A stretch of 64,000 bases of DNA from positions 5,792,001 through 5,856,000 of the forward strand of contig OZ223209.1 of the NCBI GenBank assembly GCA_965140415.1, in the 5' to 3' direction. Positions within the stretch are counted from its first letter, which is position 1. Each line of letters opens with the position of its first letter. Below are positions 18,361-28,326 of this stretch, in pieces. The notes under the pieces are model-generated. The model worked only from the letters and a program-made list of their open reading frames with translations. It made no database searches and had not been told where the DNA came from. Position numbers and translations under genes: made by a program. The stretch is from Myxococcota bacterium. GTDB taxonomy: Bacteria > Myxococcota_A > SURF-8.

Positions 18361-21300
18361 TTCTTCCTCCCTCTTGTTCCTCGTGTTGCTGGATCACATC
18401 GAGAATGGATTCTATCTGGCTATTGGTGAAGTGCTGAAGTTGAATTGCTTTGCCAGGACATTCGGAAGCGCACACACCGCAACCGCGACATTCCGCCGGG
18501 TTGATATAGGCTGCGCCGATATTGCTGTCGATGATCGGAACGCCATACGGGCAGGCTCGCACGCAACCCAGGCAGACCGCGCATTTGTCCGGGTCCACCA
18601 CGGAAACCTGTCCACCCACCGAGAGATGATCTTTGGACAGAATGCTCATGGCGCGTGCGGCAGCGGCGGAAGCCTGAGCGATGGTTTCATCGATCGGCTT
18701 GGGACCGTGCGCCAGACCGGCCATGTAGACGCCGTCGGAGGGGAAATCTACCGGACCCAGTTTCTGATGCACTTCCAGGAAATAGCCGTCCGCCGTGCGC
18801 GGAAGTTTCAGAATTTCCGCAATGACGTTGTTGTCGTTGGGTTCGATGGCTGCCGCCAAAACCAGCAGATCCGCCTGAACCTTCAGTTTACCCAAGCGCG
18901 GCAGAGGATGCTCCACAAGCACCTTGTCTCCCTGCGGCGTCACGACCGGTTGATGCTCCAAATCGTAGCGTACGAACAACACGCCCAGTTGTCGCGCCTG
19001 CTCGTAGAGTTTTTCCTTCATCCCGTAGGAGCGCATGTCGCGGAACAGAATGGTCACGTTGGTTTTGGGCGAATTCTGCTTGATCAGAATGGCGTTCTTC
19101 AACGACTGCGAACAGCAGACCTTGCTGCAATAAGGACGGGTTTCGTTGCGCGAGCCGACGCATTGGATCATAACGACTTCTTTAAGCGCCGAGACCTCAT
19201 CCGGGTTATGCTCCAAGCGCTGTTCCAGATCCAGTTGCGTGATGACCGCCGGGCTTTCCCCATAACCGAAGGTATCCGGCTTGGTTTCGCGCCCGCCGAT
19301 AGCCACCACCGTGGCACCGTGCTTGATCGACATGCGACGTTTCTCGCCGTTACTCTGCTCGATCAGACTTTCGAAGTTACCCAAAAAACCGTCGGTGCGC
19401 AGCAGACGCGCACTGGTCAAGACCTCGATTTTGTCGTGTTCATTCACACGCCGAATCAGATCTTCGCGGAATTCCTTGATGGGACGCCCGTCGTGTGTGG
19501 CCCGCAGTTTGTTCAGGTTACCGCCCAGTTTGTCGCTCATTTCGATCAAGGTCGTCGGGAAGCCCTGATCCGCCAATTCCAGCGCAGCGGTCATTCCTGC
19601 CAAACCACCACCGATGACCAGCGCACTGTGTACCAGCGACTGGTTCTGTTTATGCAGCGGTTCCAACTGACGCGCATTGTTGATGGCCATATCGACCAGC
19701 ATTTTGGCTTTGTCCGTGGCGCGTTCCGGTTCCTTCTGATGGACCCAACTGCAATGCTCGCGGATATTGGCCATGCTGAACAGGTAGTTGTTGATACCGG
19801 TATCGCGCAAGGTTGCCTGGAACAAGGGTTCGTGGGTACGCGGCGTACAGGACGCCACCACCATGCGGTTGATGCCCTTTTCCTTGATGATCTCTTTCAT
19901 ATGTTCCTGATTATCCTGCGAACAGGCAAACAGGACGCCCTCGGCGTGAACGACGTCGCCATGACGGCCAGCATAATCAGCCACGTCCGGCACGTTGACG
20001 ATGCCGCCGATATTGATACCGCAGTTACACACCCATACACCGATGCGCTGATCGCTCGCGTCTGTGTCTTTTTCATCCACCAGTTGTAGCTGTTCAATCT
20101 GGGTGTTGCGTGCACTGCCCAGATGCCGCGTGGCGGCTGCCGCCGCTCCACTGGCCTGGGCCACCGATTCGGGAATGTCTTTGGGCCCCTGCATGACGCC
20201 ACAGACGAACACACCCGGCTTGGTGGTTGCCAACGGCTTGAAGGGATCCGTTTTGGCAAAGCCGAAATCATCCAGTTCGATGCCCACGCGCTGCGCCAGT
20301 TCCGCGACTTCCTCGCGCGGTTTCAGACCGGTGGAAAGCACGAGCAGATCGAAAGTCTCCTTGACCGCTTTGCCGTCTTCACCGATGTAGGTGACTTCGA
20401 TGTCCTGGTTCTCCGGGACTTCATCTACACGAGAGATCATCGAACGCACGTAGCGCACGCCGTACTGACTTTGCGCACGGTTGCAGTAGTCGTCGAAACC
20501 TTTTCCGGCGGCGCGCAGTTCCATCATGAAGATGGTCGTCTGCAAATCTCCGCCTGCGTGGTCGGTAGCGATAACCGCTTCCTTGGTAGCGAACATACAG
20601 CAGACCGCCGAACAGTAGTTGCGGTCGTTGCGTTTGTCGCGACTACCCACGCATTGAATCCAGGCGATTTTGTGCGGGTGCTTGCCGTCGCTGATACGCG
20701 CCACATGTCCTTCCGACGGTCCCGTGGCCGACAGCATGCGCTCGAAGTCCATGCTGGTAATCACGTTCTGCCAGCGTCCGTAACCGTATTCGCCGATTTC
20801 CTCGGCTTCGAACTGATCGAAACCCGGGGCGAGGATCACGCTACCGACATCGAGGATGCGCTCGCGTTCCGGCATGTTGTGGTCGATCGCTTTGGCGACG
20901 CAGGTCTCCTCGCACAAGCCACATTCCGAACAGGTACCGCAGACCAAGCAACGTCCCGCCTCGGCAATGGCTTCCTCTTCGGTCATCACCTGTGCGACTT
21001 CGTCGAAGGTGCCGATGCGCTTTTCGACATCGATATGATGAGGCGCAGGCCGATGCGCTTCCGGTACGCGCGACAGTTTGGGCTCGGGGGCCAGTTTCGG
21101 CAACCATTCGCGCCCTTCACGCAGATCCTGACCGTTCAAGTAACGGTGAATGCTCTCCGCCGCTTCTTTTCCATGGGCAATGGCGGTAATGGCAATGCCC
21201 GGTCCCGCCTGCAAGTCGCCACCGGCGAAGACGTTGGGAACTTCGGTTTGGAAGGTCAACGGATCGGCCTTGATCCAGCCGTGATTCAAAATCTTGTCCA

Positions 21301-22831
21301 GCGACGAACCGCTCAGGAAATCGTCCGGTCCCTGGCCGATGGCCACGATGACGTTATCGCATTCGATGGTTTCCGTTGCATTGTCGTCGAAGGTCGGGGC
21401 AAAGCGCCCGTTTTCATCGAGTACCGACAAGCACTTACGGAAAGTGATCCCCGTAACTTTACCGGCTCCATCTTTATGGATTTCCACCGGACCCACGGAA
21501 TTGTGACGAATTACGCCCTCTTCCTCGCCTTCCACGATTTCATCGAGGCTGGCGAGCATGTCTTCACGCGATTCCAGGCAACACAGATGCACTTCGCGTT
21601 TGGCGTTTGCATCCGCCTGGGTCAAGACGCGCAACGAGGTGCGAGCGACATCGTAGGCGACATCACCGCCGCCGATCACTACCACCCGGCGTCCCAAAGT
21701 CGGCGGATTCAGGTAGGCCACATCGCGCAGGAAATCGATACCCGGCAGCACGCCTTCGGCGTCTTCGCCCGGTACGTTTAACATGCGCGCTTTCTGCGCA
21801 CCGCCCGCGATGAACATGGAATCGTAGTCGGAAGTCAGGCTATCCACGCTGACGTCCGTGCCTACACGAGTATTGCAGCGAATCTCGACGCCGATATCTT
21901 CAATCGCCTTGATTTCCGCCGCCAGAATTTCGCGCGGCAGACGATAAGCGGGAATGCCACTGCGCAGCATACCGCCCGCTTCGGGTGCGGATTCGAATAC
22001 GGTCACGGCGTGGCCGTTCAAGCGCAGGAACCAGGCAGCCGTCAGACCCGCAGGTCCACCACCGACCACGGCGATTTTCTTGCCGGTATCCGCAGCGACT
22101 TCGGGCAACGCTTCCGCCGCCTCGTGGGTCGTTTCGTAATCGGAGACGAAGCGCTTCAGTTCGCGAATCGCCAAAGGCTCATCGACTTTGCCACGATTGC
22201 AGGCATCTTCGCAGGGATGCGGACAGACGCGACCGCAGACCGCCGGGAAGGGCAGTTCGCGTCGGATGACTTTAAGGGCATCGGCAAAGCGGCCCTGGCC
22301 GATCAGCGCTACATAACCCTGACAGCGTGTATGCACCGGGCAGGCGTCGCGGCAGGGCGACGTTCCCTTTTTCTCGATGGCATAGCCGCCGGGAATGGCC
22401 TGGGGGTAACGCTTGCGAATGGCACGGCGTCCATCCAGGCCCATGTTGTATTCGTTGGGAAGTTCGATCGGACAGACCTTGGCGCACTCACCGCAGCCGG
22501 TACATTTTTCCAGATCGACATAACGCGGATGCATCATGACCTTGGCCTGGAAAGTCCCCGGATCGCCATCCAGCCCCAGCACTTCCGTGTTGGTCAGAAT
22601 TTCGATGTTCGGATGTCGTCCCACCTCGATCAGCTTCGGCGAAATAATGCACATCGAGCAATCGTTGGTGGGGAAGGTCTTGTCCAGTTGCGCCATGCGA
22701 CCACCGATGGCCGTGTCGCGCTCGACCAGATATACTTTAAACCCGGCGTTGGCCAGATCGATGGACGCCTGCATCCCGCCGATGCCTGCGCCAACTACCA
22801 TCACCGCTCCTACTGGTTGTTTCGCCGTCAT
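18353..22831 (-). CDS. hdrA: HdrA-like flavoprotein, HdrL type (duplicated HdrA domains with an inserted GltD-like NAD(P)H oxidoreductase)
   Basis: GGRMAQLDKTFPTNDCSMC, QCVGSR twice, insert with PCRDACP, CGRVCPHPCE, GGGPAG and GGGDVAYD; C-terminal ferredoxin; 1492 aa. Confidence 0.92.
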   Translation of the reverse strand: MTAKQPVGAVMVVGAGIGGMQASIDLANAGFKVYLVERDTAIGGRMAQLDKTFPTNDCSMCIISPKLIEVGRHPNIEILTNTEVLGLDGDPGTFQAKVMMHPRYVDLEKCTGCGECAKVCPIELPNEYNMGLDGRRAIRKRYPQAIPGGYAIEKKGTSPCRDACPVHTRCQGYVALIGQGRFADALKVIRRELPFPAVCGRVCPHPCEDACNRGKVDEPLAIRELKRFVSDYETTHEAAEALPEVAADTGKKIAVVGGGPAGLTAAWFLRLNGHAVTVFESAPEAGGMLRSGIPAYRLPREILAAEIKAIEDIGVEIRCNTRVGTDVSVDSLTSDYDSMFIAGGAQKARMLNVPGEDAEGVLPGIDFLRDVAYLNPPTLGRRVVVIGGGDVAYDVARTSLRVLTQADANAKREVHLCCLESREDMLASLDEIVEGEEEGVIRHNSVGPVEIHKDGAGKVTGITFRKCLSVLDENGRFAPTFDDNATETIECDNVIVAIGQGPDDFLSGSSLDKILNHGWIKADPLTFQTEVPNVFAGGDLQAGPGIAITAIAHGKEAAESIHRYLNGQDLREGREWLPKLAPEPKLSRVPEAHRPAPHHIDVEKRIGTFDEVAQVMTEEEAIAEAGRCLVCGTCSECGLCEETCVAKAIDHNMPERERILDVGSVILAPGFDQFEAEEIGEYGYGRWQNVITSMDFERMLSATGPSEGHVARISDGKHPHKIAWIQCVGSRDKRNDRNYCSAVCCMFATKEAVIATDHAGGDLQTTIFMMELRAAGKGFDDYCNRAQSQYGVRYVRSMISRVDEVPENQDIEVTYIGEDGKAVKETFDLLVLSTGLKPREEVAELAQRVGIELDDFGFAKTDPFKPLATTKPGVFVCGVMQGPKDIPESVAQASGAAAAATRHLGSARNTQIEQLQLVDEKDTDASDQRIGVWVCNCGINIGGIVNVPDVADYAGRHGDVVHAEGVLFACSQDNQEHMKEIIKEKGINRMVVASCTPRTHEPLFQATLRDTGINNYLFSMANIREHCSWVHQKEPERATDKAKMLVDMAINNARQLEPLHKQNQSLVHSALVIGGGLAGMTAALELADQGFPTTLIEMSDKLGGNLNKLRATHDGRPIKEFREDLIRRVNEHDKIEVLTSARLLRTDGFLGNFESLIEQSNGEKRRMSIKHGATVVAIGGRETKPDTFGYGESPAVITQLDLEQRLEHNPDEVSALKEVVMIQCVGSRNETRPYCSKVCCSQSLKNAILIKQNSPKTNVTILFRDMRSYGMKEKLYEQARQLGVLFVRYDLEHQPVVTPQGDKVLVEHPLPRLGKLKVQADLLVLAAAIEPNDNNVIAEILKLPRTADGYFLEVHQKLGPVDFPSDGVYMAGLAHGPKPIDETIAQASAAAARAMSILSKDHLSVGGQVSVVDPDKCAVCLGCVRACPYGVPIIDSNIGAAYINPAECRGCGVCASECPGKAIQLQHFTNSQIESILDVIQQHEEQEGGRIG

Positions 22832-23664
22832 GCCAGCTCCCGTATGCTAAGTAAGGACTGAGGGTCGCTTAGATGTTTGCGGAAGTAGCCCTTCGCCCGT
22901 GTCGGGTCCAGGGCCAGCATCATCAGCTCCGTAAAATAAAAGACCGGCAAGGGTCGCGGGCCATCGCCCATCCATTGCCGCTCCAGATTCATGAAGCACA
23001 TCGAACAACCGGTGACGATCGCTTCCGCACCGGTGCGCGCCGCCATTTTGAAGATATCGCCGGTCAGCTTCCCAACGATTTCGTCGCGCGTCATCGTCAG
23101 ACTGCCGCCACAACAGGTCGTCTTGTAGGACCAGTCGATGACCTCCGCGCCGAGAGCTTTCAAGATGTCGTCGACTTCCGTGGGATTTTCCGGTTTGGGC
23201 GCGCCGGTGATATTGGCCGGGCGCGACGTCAGGCAGCCGTAATAGCAGACCACCTTCAGGCCTTTCAGCCCGTCTCCAGCCTGCTTTTTGAGTTTTTTCA
23301 GCACCTCTTCTTTACTGAACAGGTGCATGACATGCTTTACTTCCGCCTTGCCGGTCACGTTTTCCACGCCCTTGGGTGCGCCATGTTCCAACACGTGATG
23401 ACGAGCAGCGGCCAAACGACCGAAGCAGGCCGGGCAGGGGGTCACGACTTCATCTCCCATCTGCTCGGCAATCGCCAGATTACGTCCCGCTAACGCGACG
23501 TTCAATTCGTGACTGACTGTGTGGGCGCTACTTGCACCGCAACAGCTCCAGTCTGGAAGTTCGGTCAATTCCATGTCCAGCATGCGACACAGATCGCGGG
23601 TGGACTGGTCCAATTCCTGGCCGGTTCCCTCCGCGCTGCAACCTGGGTAGTATGCCACTTTCAT
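22828..23664 (-). CDS. hdrB: Heterodisulfide reductase subunit B, copy 1
   Basis: YYPGCS, DWSCCGAS, PCPAC, YYGC, TCCGG. Confidence 0.92.
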   Translation of the reverse strand: MKVAYYPGCSAEGTGQELDQSTRDLCRMLDMELTELPDWSCCGASSAHTVSHELNVALAGRNLAIAEQMGDEVVTPCPACFGRLAAARHHVLEHGAPKGVENVTGKAEVKHVMHLFSKEEVLKKLKKQAGDGLKGLKVVCYYGCLTSRPANITGAPKPENPTEVDDILKALGAEVIDWSYKTTCCGGSLTMTRDEIVGKLTGDIFKMAARTGAEAIVTGCSMCFMNLERQWMGDGPRPLPVFYFTELMMLALDPTRAKGYFRKHLSDPQSLLSIRELA

Positions 23665-24233
23665 CCGATGTTCTCCTTGAATAGCTTCCGGATTTCATCT
23701 CGGGAAGAAACGTTTTTGGCGAAAAGATGAATTTTACCTTTGCCGAACAGTTTCAGCCCCAGCTTGAAGTCCTTGAAGAAGTCGCCGGTGGCCATCTTGT
23801 ATTTGCGGATCATGCTCAACTCATGCAGACGACCATGCCGCTCTACCGTATCCATGAAAGCTTTGTGGAAAGCCGGGATACTCGGTTCCGATGGCGTGAC
23901 ACCGCTTGCGGTAGCCCGTTGGCGCAAGAAGTCGATGACCTTGGGCAACGCCAACTGATTGGGGCAGCGTGTCGTGCAGGTTTCGCAGGAAACGCACAAC
24001 CACAGGTGATGGGACTGGAAAAGCTGATCTTCCATGCCCAACTGCACCATGCGCCAGAAATCGTGCGGCATCACATCGGTCAGTTCCACGATCGGACAGC
24101 CCGACGAGCATTTCCCACACTGGTAACACTCCATCGGATTGACGCCGGTTTCTTCGGCTACCTGTTGTGCCAATTCGGAATTTGGTGAAATTTCTTCACT
24201 TTCGAAAGGGGGGGTTTGGGTATCCATTGCCAT
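23661..24233 (-). CDS. hdrC: Heterodisulfide reductase subunit C
   Basis: CYQCGKCSSGCP, WLCVSCETCTTRCP, GRLHE; start uncertain (24227, 24233 or 24281). Confidence 0.9.
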   Translation of the reverse strand: MAMDTQTPPFESEEISPNSELAQQVAEETGVNPMECYQCGKCSSGCPIVELTDVMPHDFWRMVQLGMEDQLFQSHHLWLCVSCETCTTRCPNQLALPKVIDFLRQRATASGVTPSEPSIPAFHKAFMDTVERHGRLHELSMIRKYKMATGDFFKDFKLGLKLFGKGKIHLFAKNVSSRDEIRKLFKENIG

Positions 24234-24711
24234 TGCAAGCCTCGCATTGCGTGTTGAAATGGAATTGAAAACGTTGTTCAATACAGACTACAAGTGCCAC
24301 ATCCGAAGCCGTCACTATATGGACAGCGCTTGCGGTTGATCATGTCGGTAAATCTATCGGCGCCTTGAACCAGCCATCCGCTATATAACACCACTGCACC
24401 CATCAGCGCTATTATGCCGATCCATGGTGCCGATCACGCTGACGCAGGCCCGAAGCCGGCGTTGGTTGCGGGTGACGCGGGGCTGGGATTTTTCCTGCGT
24501 CTGCTACCCGACACCCACTTTCGCTCTATATTGGTCTTGTGTCAAGCGGATGAACCATCATTTTTTTCATTTCCCCAGGAAAAATGCCACTAACCCGAAA
24601 TTCACAAGCACGCAGCATACCTTTCAATTCGGCGAAACGGGCATTCGCCGGGAAAAATGACGCAAAAACCCCACCTGTCCCATCGTCATAGTGGGAAACC
24701 GGCAAGCGCCC

Positions 24712-24740
24712 TTGACGCAGAGACAAAGCGTCCGTATAAT
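24712..24740 (+). promoter_or_regulatory. Sigma70-type promoter
   Basis: TTGACG-N17-TATAAT upstream of the Fe-S/CoA-transferase/GNAT gene. Confidence 0.7.
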
Positions 24741-25001
24741 CAAGTGTAATGCATTCGTTGTCTTGGCTTCCGGGTAGTCTGCCTGTCGTATTTCAGGGGC
24801 GTGTCGGCACTCTTGTATGGAACCATACGAGAGTCTTGTTGCTGTTCGTTATGCGTTTCAAGCGCCTCCCTTCCAGAACATGCCCCGGACCCGGACGTTC
24901 ATGGAATGCCGCCCGCGCCCCCATCGAGGATAGAAGAATTGCGCACCGGGGTATGCATCGGTTTCAATTCGCCGTTCGATTCCAGCTATCGGGGTGAATA
25001 C

Positions 25002-27851
25002 ATGAAAGTGTTACAGAAAATCGATCTTCCGGTCATTCTGGAACAATTGGCCGCCCGCTATGGCAAAATATACGGACCGATGCGCCGCCATGGAGGCGAA
25101 TTGCGTTTCGGCCAGTATCTCGGCGAAGAACTGGATCTGGACGGCGGCCTGCCGATGAACTCGCCCAAGGACATCTTTTCCTCTCGACTGGCATGGATCG
25201 AAGCCGCGCTCAAAGAAGGAAGAAGCGAATTTCCAGAACCCGTTGTCTTGTTCGGAATTCGCCCCTGCGATCTGGACGCGCTGGATCGTCTGCAACAACG
25301 ACTGATACCTCAACTAGGGGAAAACGTACTGCTGGGTGAAATGGTTTCTCTGATCGTTGCCAACACCTGTAGCTTTCCGGAATTGAACTGTTTCCACGCC
25401 TCGATGGGTGGCGATCCCAAGCAAGCACCCAAGGCGGATATCCTGTTCTCTTCGATCGGAAACGATCTGTACATCCACGCCCAATCCCAGCGCGGAACGA
25501 AAGCGCTGGAGCAGATCGACAACTGGTTGCGCGAAGCCGACGACAGCGAAAACCAGCAGTTGCACGCCGTTTCCAAACTCGGCTTCCAGACTTTCAGAAA
25601 GCCCGACATTCCGCGTTTACGCCAACAACTTCATGAACGAATCGGAAAGTTGGCGCTATCCGCCGAGTTCGAAGACTGTTTAGCCTGCGGCAACTGCTTG
25701 CAGGTCTGTCCGATGTATCTTCCCATTGCCGATACCTTGACCAAAACAAAGGTTTCGACAACGAAACCCACTTATCAACGCCTGCCTTTCGAGAACATGC
25801 TAATGGCGTTGCAGGACGCCGGGCAACGCATCGACTGCGTCGGCTGCGGGCGATGTTCGAATGTCTGTCCCAGCGGACTGGGAATGCTGGAAGCCATCGA
25901 CAACGTATTGGGACGGGTCCGGCGTGGCGACACCAGTTCGTCGTTTGCGTCAAGCAAGCTACCCGAATGGCTGTTGCCCATCCGGCAGAAACTGGTCACA
26001 CCGGTAAAAGCCTTTTCCGTCATTCGACCCGGCGACACGGTTTTTCTTGCCAGTGGCTGTGCCGAACCGCAGTTTCTGGCGCGCGCCTTTATGGAAAACT
26101 ATCACAAGTTCTTAAACGTACAGGTCATTCATCTGCTTTCGATGGGTGCCGTCACCTTCGACGATCCCCAGCTCACCGACCATTTACGGCTCAACGCCTT
26201 TTTCATCGGCGATCAGTCGCGGCAGGCGGTCGCTAGCGGTCAGGCCGATTACACGCCGGTGTTTCTTTCCGAATTGCCCGAACTTTTTCGCAGTGGACAA
26301 ATCCCGGTGGATGTGGCCCTGATTCAGGTATCCCCGCCGGATCGACACGGCTACTGTACGCTAGGCATTTCGGTGGAAACCATTCAGGCGACGGTAGCCA
26401 GCGCCCATACGGTCATCGCCCAGATCAACCAGCATATGCCGCGCACCTATGGCGATACCGCCATTCACATCGACGATATCGACGAAGTCATCCACGTCGA
26501 TGAGCCGCTGATCGAGTGGAGACCGCCCGCTATCCGTGAACGTACCGCCAAAATCGGGCAGTACATCGCGCAACTGGTGGAAGATGGGGCGACGTTACAG
26601 ATCGGCATCGGCAAGATCGGGCAGGCGCTGTTACCGTTTTTACGCGAACGCAAAAACCTGGGAATTCACACCCAGATCATCACGGACGAAGTCATCAACC
26701 TGATGCAAAAAGGGGTGGTCAATAACCGACTTAAAGGCATCAATGAAGGCCGAACGGTGGCCTCCTTTGCGGTGGGTACCCGGCGCTGTTACGCCGCGCT
26801 GGACAACAACCCCTCCATCGAGTTTCGGGGCATGGATTATGTTTCCGATCCCAACGTGATCAGCAAAAACAACAAAATGACCGCCATCAACTCGGCCTTT
26901 GAAGTCGATCTGGCCGGGCAGGTCTGCGCCGATTCCATGCACCATCAGTTTTACAGCGGCATCGCATCGATGGCCAGCTTCCTGCGCGGCGCGGCGCGCT
27001 CCAAAGACGGCAAGCCGATCATCGCGCTTCCCAGCACGGCTTTAAACGGTGAACACTCGCGCATTCAACCGCTACTGTCTCCCGGCAATCCGGTCGTTGC
27101 GACCCGTGGCGACGTGCACTACATCATCACCGAATACGGCATCGCCTACCTGCACGGAAAATCGCTGCGCGAACGGGCGCTGGCCCTGATTGAAATCGCG
27201 CATCCCAAGTTTCGCGGCTGGCTACTGGAACAGGCCAAGCAGTTGAAATACATTTTCGAAGATCAGGAACTGCCCTCGTTAAGCCAGCACGTATATCCCG
27301 AAGAATGGGAAACAACGGTATTTACCACCACCGGCGAGGAACTTTCCGTGCGCCCGATCAAGGCTTCGGATGAACCGGCCTTACAACGGCTCTATTACTC
27401 GCTTAGCGATCAGGATGTCTTCATGCGTTTCATGGGTAACGACCGCCATTTTCACCATAACCGCATGCAGGCACTGACGGTCGTCAACTACGACACACGC
27501 ATGGCCATCGTCGCTACACGCGGACGCATGGGACGCGAGGAAATCATGGGCATCGCCCGCTACGACATCGACCCCGCCTCCGGCATTGCGGAAGTCGCCT
27601 TTACGATTCGGGACAGCATGCGCAGACAGGGCATCGGTACCCGGTTACTGGAACATCTTACGGTAATCGCCAAAAGCAAGGGAGTGAAAGGGTTCCGCGC
27701 GGAGATCCTTTCCCGCAACCGGGCGATGATGAGCCTGTTCAATACGTCGGGCGCAAGGCCGCATTCTCATGTCGAGGATGGCATGTACACCATGTGGTAT
27801 GCTTTCGATTCGGAATCGGACACCATACAAGAACCAACCCCAACGAAGTGA
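25002..27851 (+). CDS. Fusion: AsrA/FlxC-like [4Fe-4S] domain + acetyl-CoA hydrolase/transferase-like domain (Glu->Gln) + GNAT acetyltransferase
   Basis: LFGIRPCD, CLACGNCLQVCP, CVGCGRCSNVCP; QVSPPDRHG, LQIGIG, GIHTQ, TEYGIA; C-terminal RPI...AEVAF...QGIG GNAT. Likely start is ATG 25002; the ORF extends to 24801. Confidence 0.85.
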   Translation: MKVLQKIDLPVILEQLAARYGKIYGPMRRHGGELRFGQYLGEELDLDGGLPMNSPKDIFSSRLAWIEAALKEGRSEFPEPVVLFGIRPCDLDALDRLQQRLIPQLGENVLLGEMVSLIVANTCSFPELNCFHASMGGDPKQAPKADILFSSIGNDLYIHAQSQRGTKALEQIDNWLREADDSENQQLHAVSKLGFQTFRKPDIPRLRQQLHERIGKLALSAEFEDCLACGNCLQVCPMYLPIADTLTKTKVSTTKPTYQRLPFENMLMALQDAGQRIDCVGCGRCSNVCPSGLGMLEAIDNVLGRVRRGDTSSSFASSKLPEWLLPIRQKLVTPVKAFSVIRPGDTVFLASGCAEPQFLARAFMENYHKFLNVQVIHLLSMGAVTFDDPQLTDHLRLNAFFIGDQSRQAVASGQADYTPVFLSELPELFRSGQIPVDVALIQVSPPDRHGYCTLGISVETIQATVASAHTVIAQINQHMPRTYGDTAIHIDDIDEVIHVDEPLIEWRPPAIRERTAKIGQYIAQLVEDGATLQIGIGKIGQALLPFLRERKNLGIHTQIITDEVINLMQKGVVNNRLKGINEGRTVASFAVGTRRCYAALDNNPSIEFRGMDYVSDPNVISKNNKMTAINSAFEVDLAGQVCADSMHHQFYSGIASMASFLRGAARSKDGKPIIALPSTALNGEHSRIQPLLSPGNPVVATRGDVHYIITEYGIAYLHGKSLRERALALIEIAHPKFRGWLLEQAKQLKYIFEDQELPSLSQHVYPEEWETTVFTTTGEELSVRPIKASDEPALQRLYYSLSDQDVFMRFMGNDRHFHHNRMQALTVVNYDTRMAIVATRGRMGREEIMGIARYDIDPASGIAEVAFTIRDSMRRQGIGTRLLEHLTVIAKSKGVKGFRAEILSRNRAMMSLFNTSGARPHSHVEDGMYTMWYAFDSESDTIQEPTPTK

Positions 27852-27860
27852 GGTGATGAA

Positions 27861-28316
27861 ATGGACGAGCTTCAGAAAAACGACTTGTTCCGCACGGCCA
27901 TCGGGCGCGAGTTGGAAGCCTATACCTTTTATAAGGATGTTGCGGAGCGAGTGAATAACGCCGCCGTAAAACAGATTTTCGAGGAACTGTCCATCGAGGA
28001 AAAACGACACGAGGAAATGCTCTGGAAAATGAAGGGTGACGACACGGTTTCTTTTAAAATCAATGCACCGCAGGATTTGAAAGTTGCCGAAACGGTGGAT
28101 CTGCCGCCGCTGTCGATGGACATGAAACCGGCGGACGCCATCGCGCTGGCAATGAAAAAGGAAGAACAGGCCGTAGCCTTTTATCAGGCGCTGGCGAACA
28201 TGTGCCAGGAAGAAGAGACCAAACGGATCTATACCGAGCTTTCCAAAATGGAAATGACGCACAAGCATCGGCTGGAAAACGCCTTCGTCGATATCGGTTA
28301 TCCGGAAGTCTGGTAA
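27861..28316 (+). CDS. Ferritin-like/rubrerythrin-family protein
   Basis: AIGRELEAYTFY, EEKRH, AMKKEEQAVAFY, EMTH (ExxH pairs). Confidence 0.85.
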   Translation: MDELQKNDLFRTAIGRELEAYTFYKDVAERVNNAAVKQIFEELSIEEKRHEEMLWKMKGDDTVSFKINAPQDLKVAETVDLPPLSMDMKPADAIALAMKKEEQAVAFYQALANMCQEEETKRIYTELSKMEMTHKHRLENAFVDIGYPEVW

Positions 28317-28326
28317 GGGGAGCCCG

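Noticed and set aside
18320-21781. Long + strand ORFs (589 aa, 552 aa) opposite hdrA
   Set aside because: Antisense shadows of a strongly supported GC-biased gene; no motifs.
24585-24610. Rex operator (TTGTGAA-N4-TTCACAA)
   Set aside because: Only one half-site (TTCACAA) is present.
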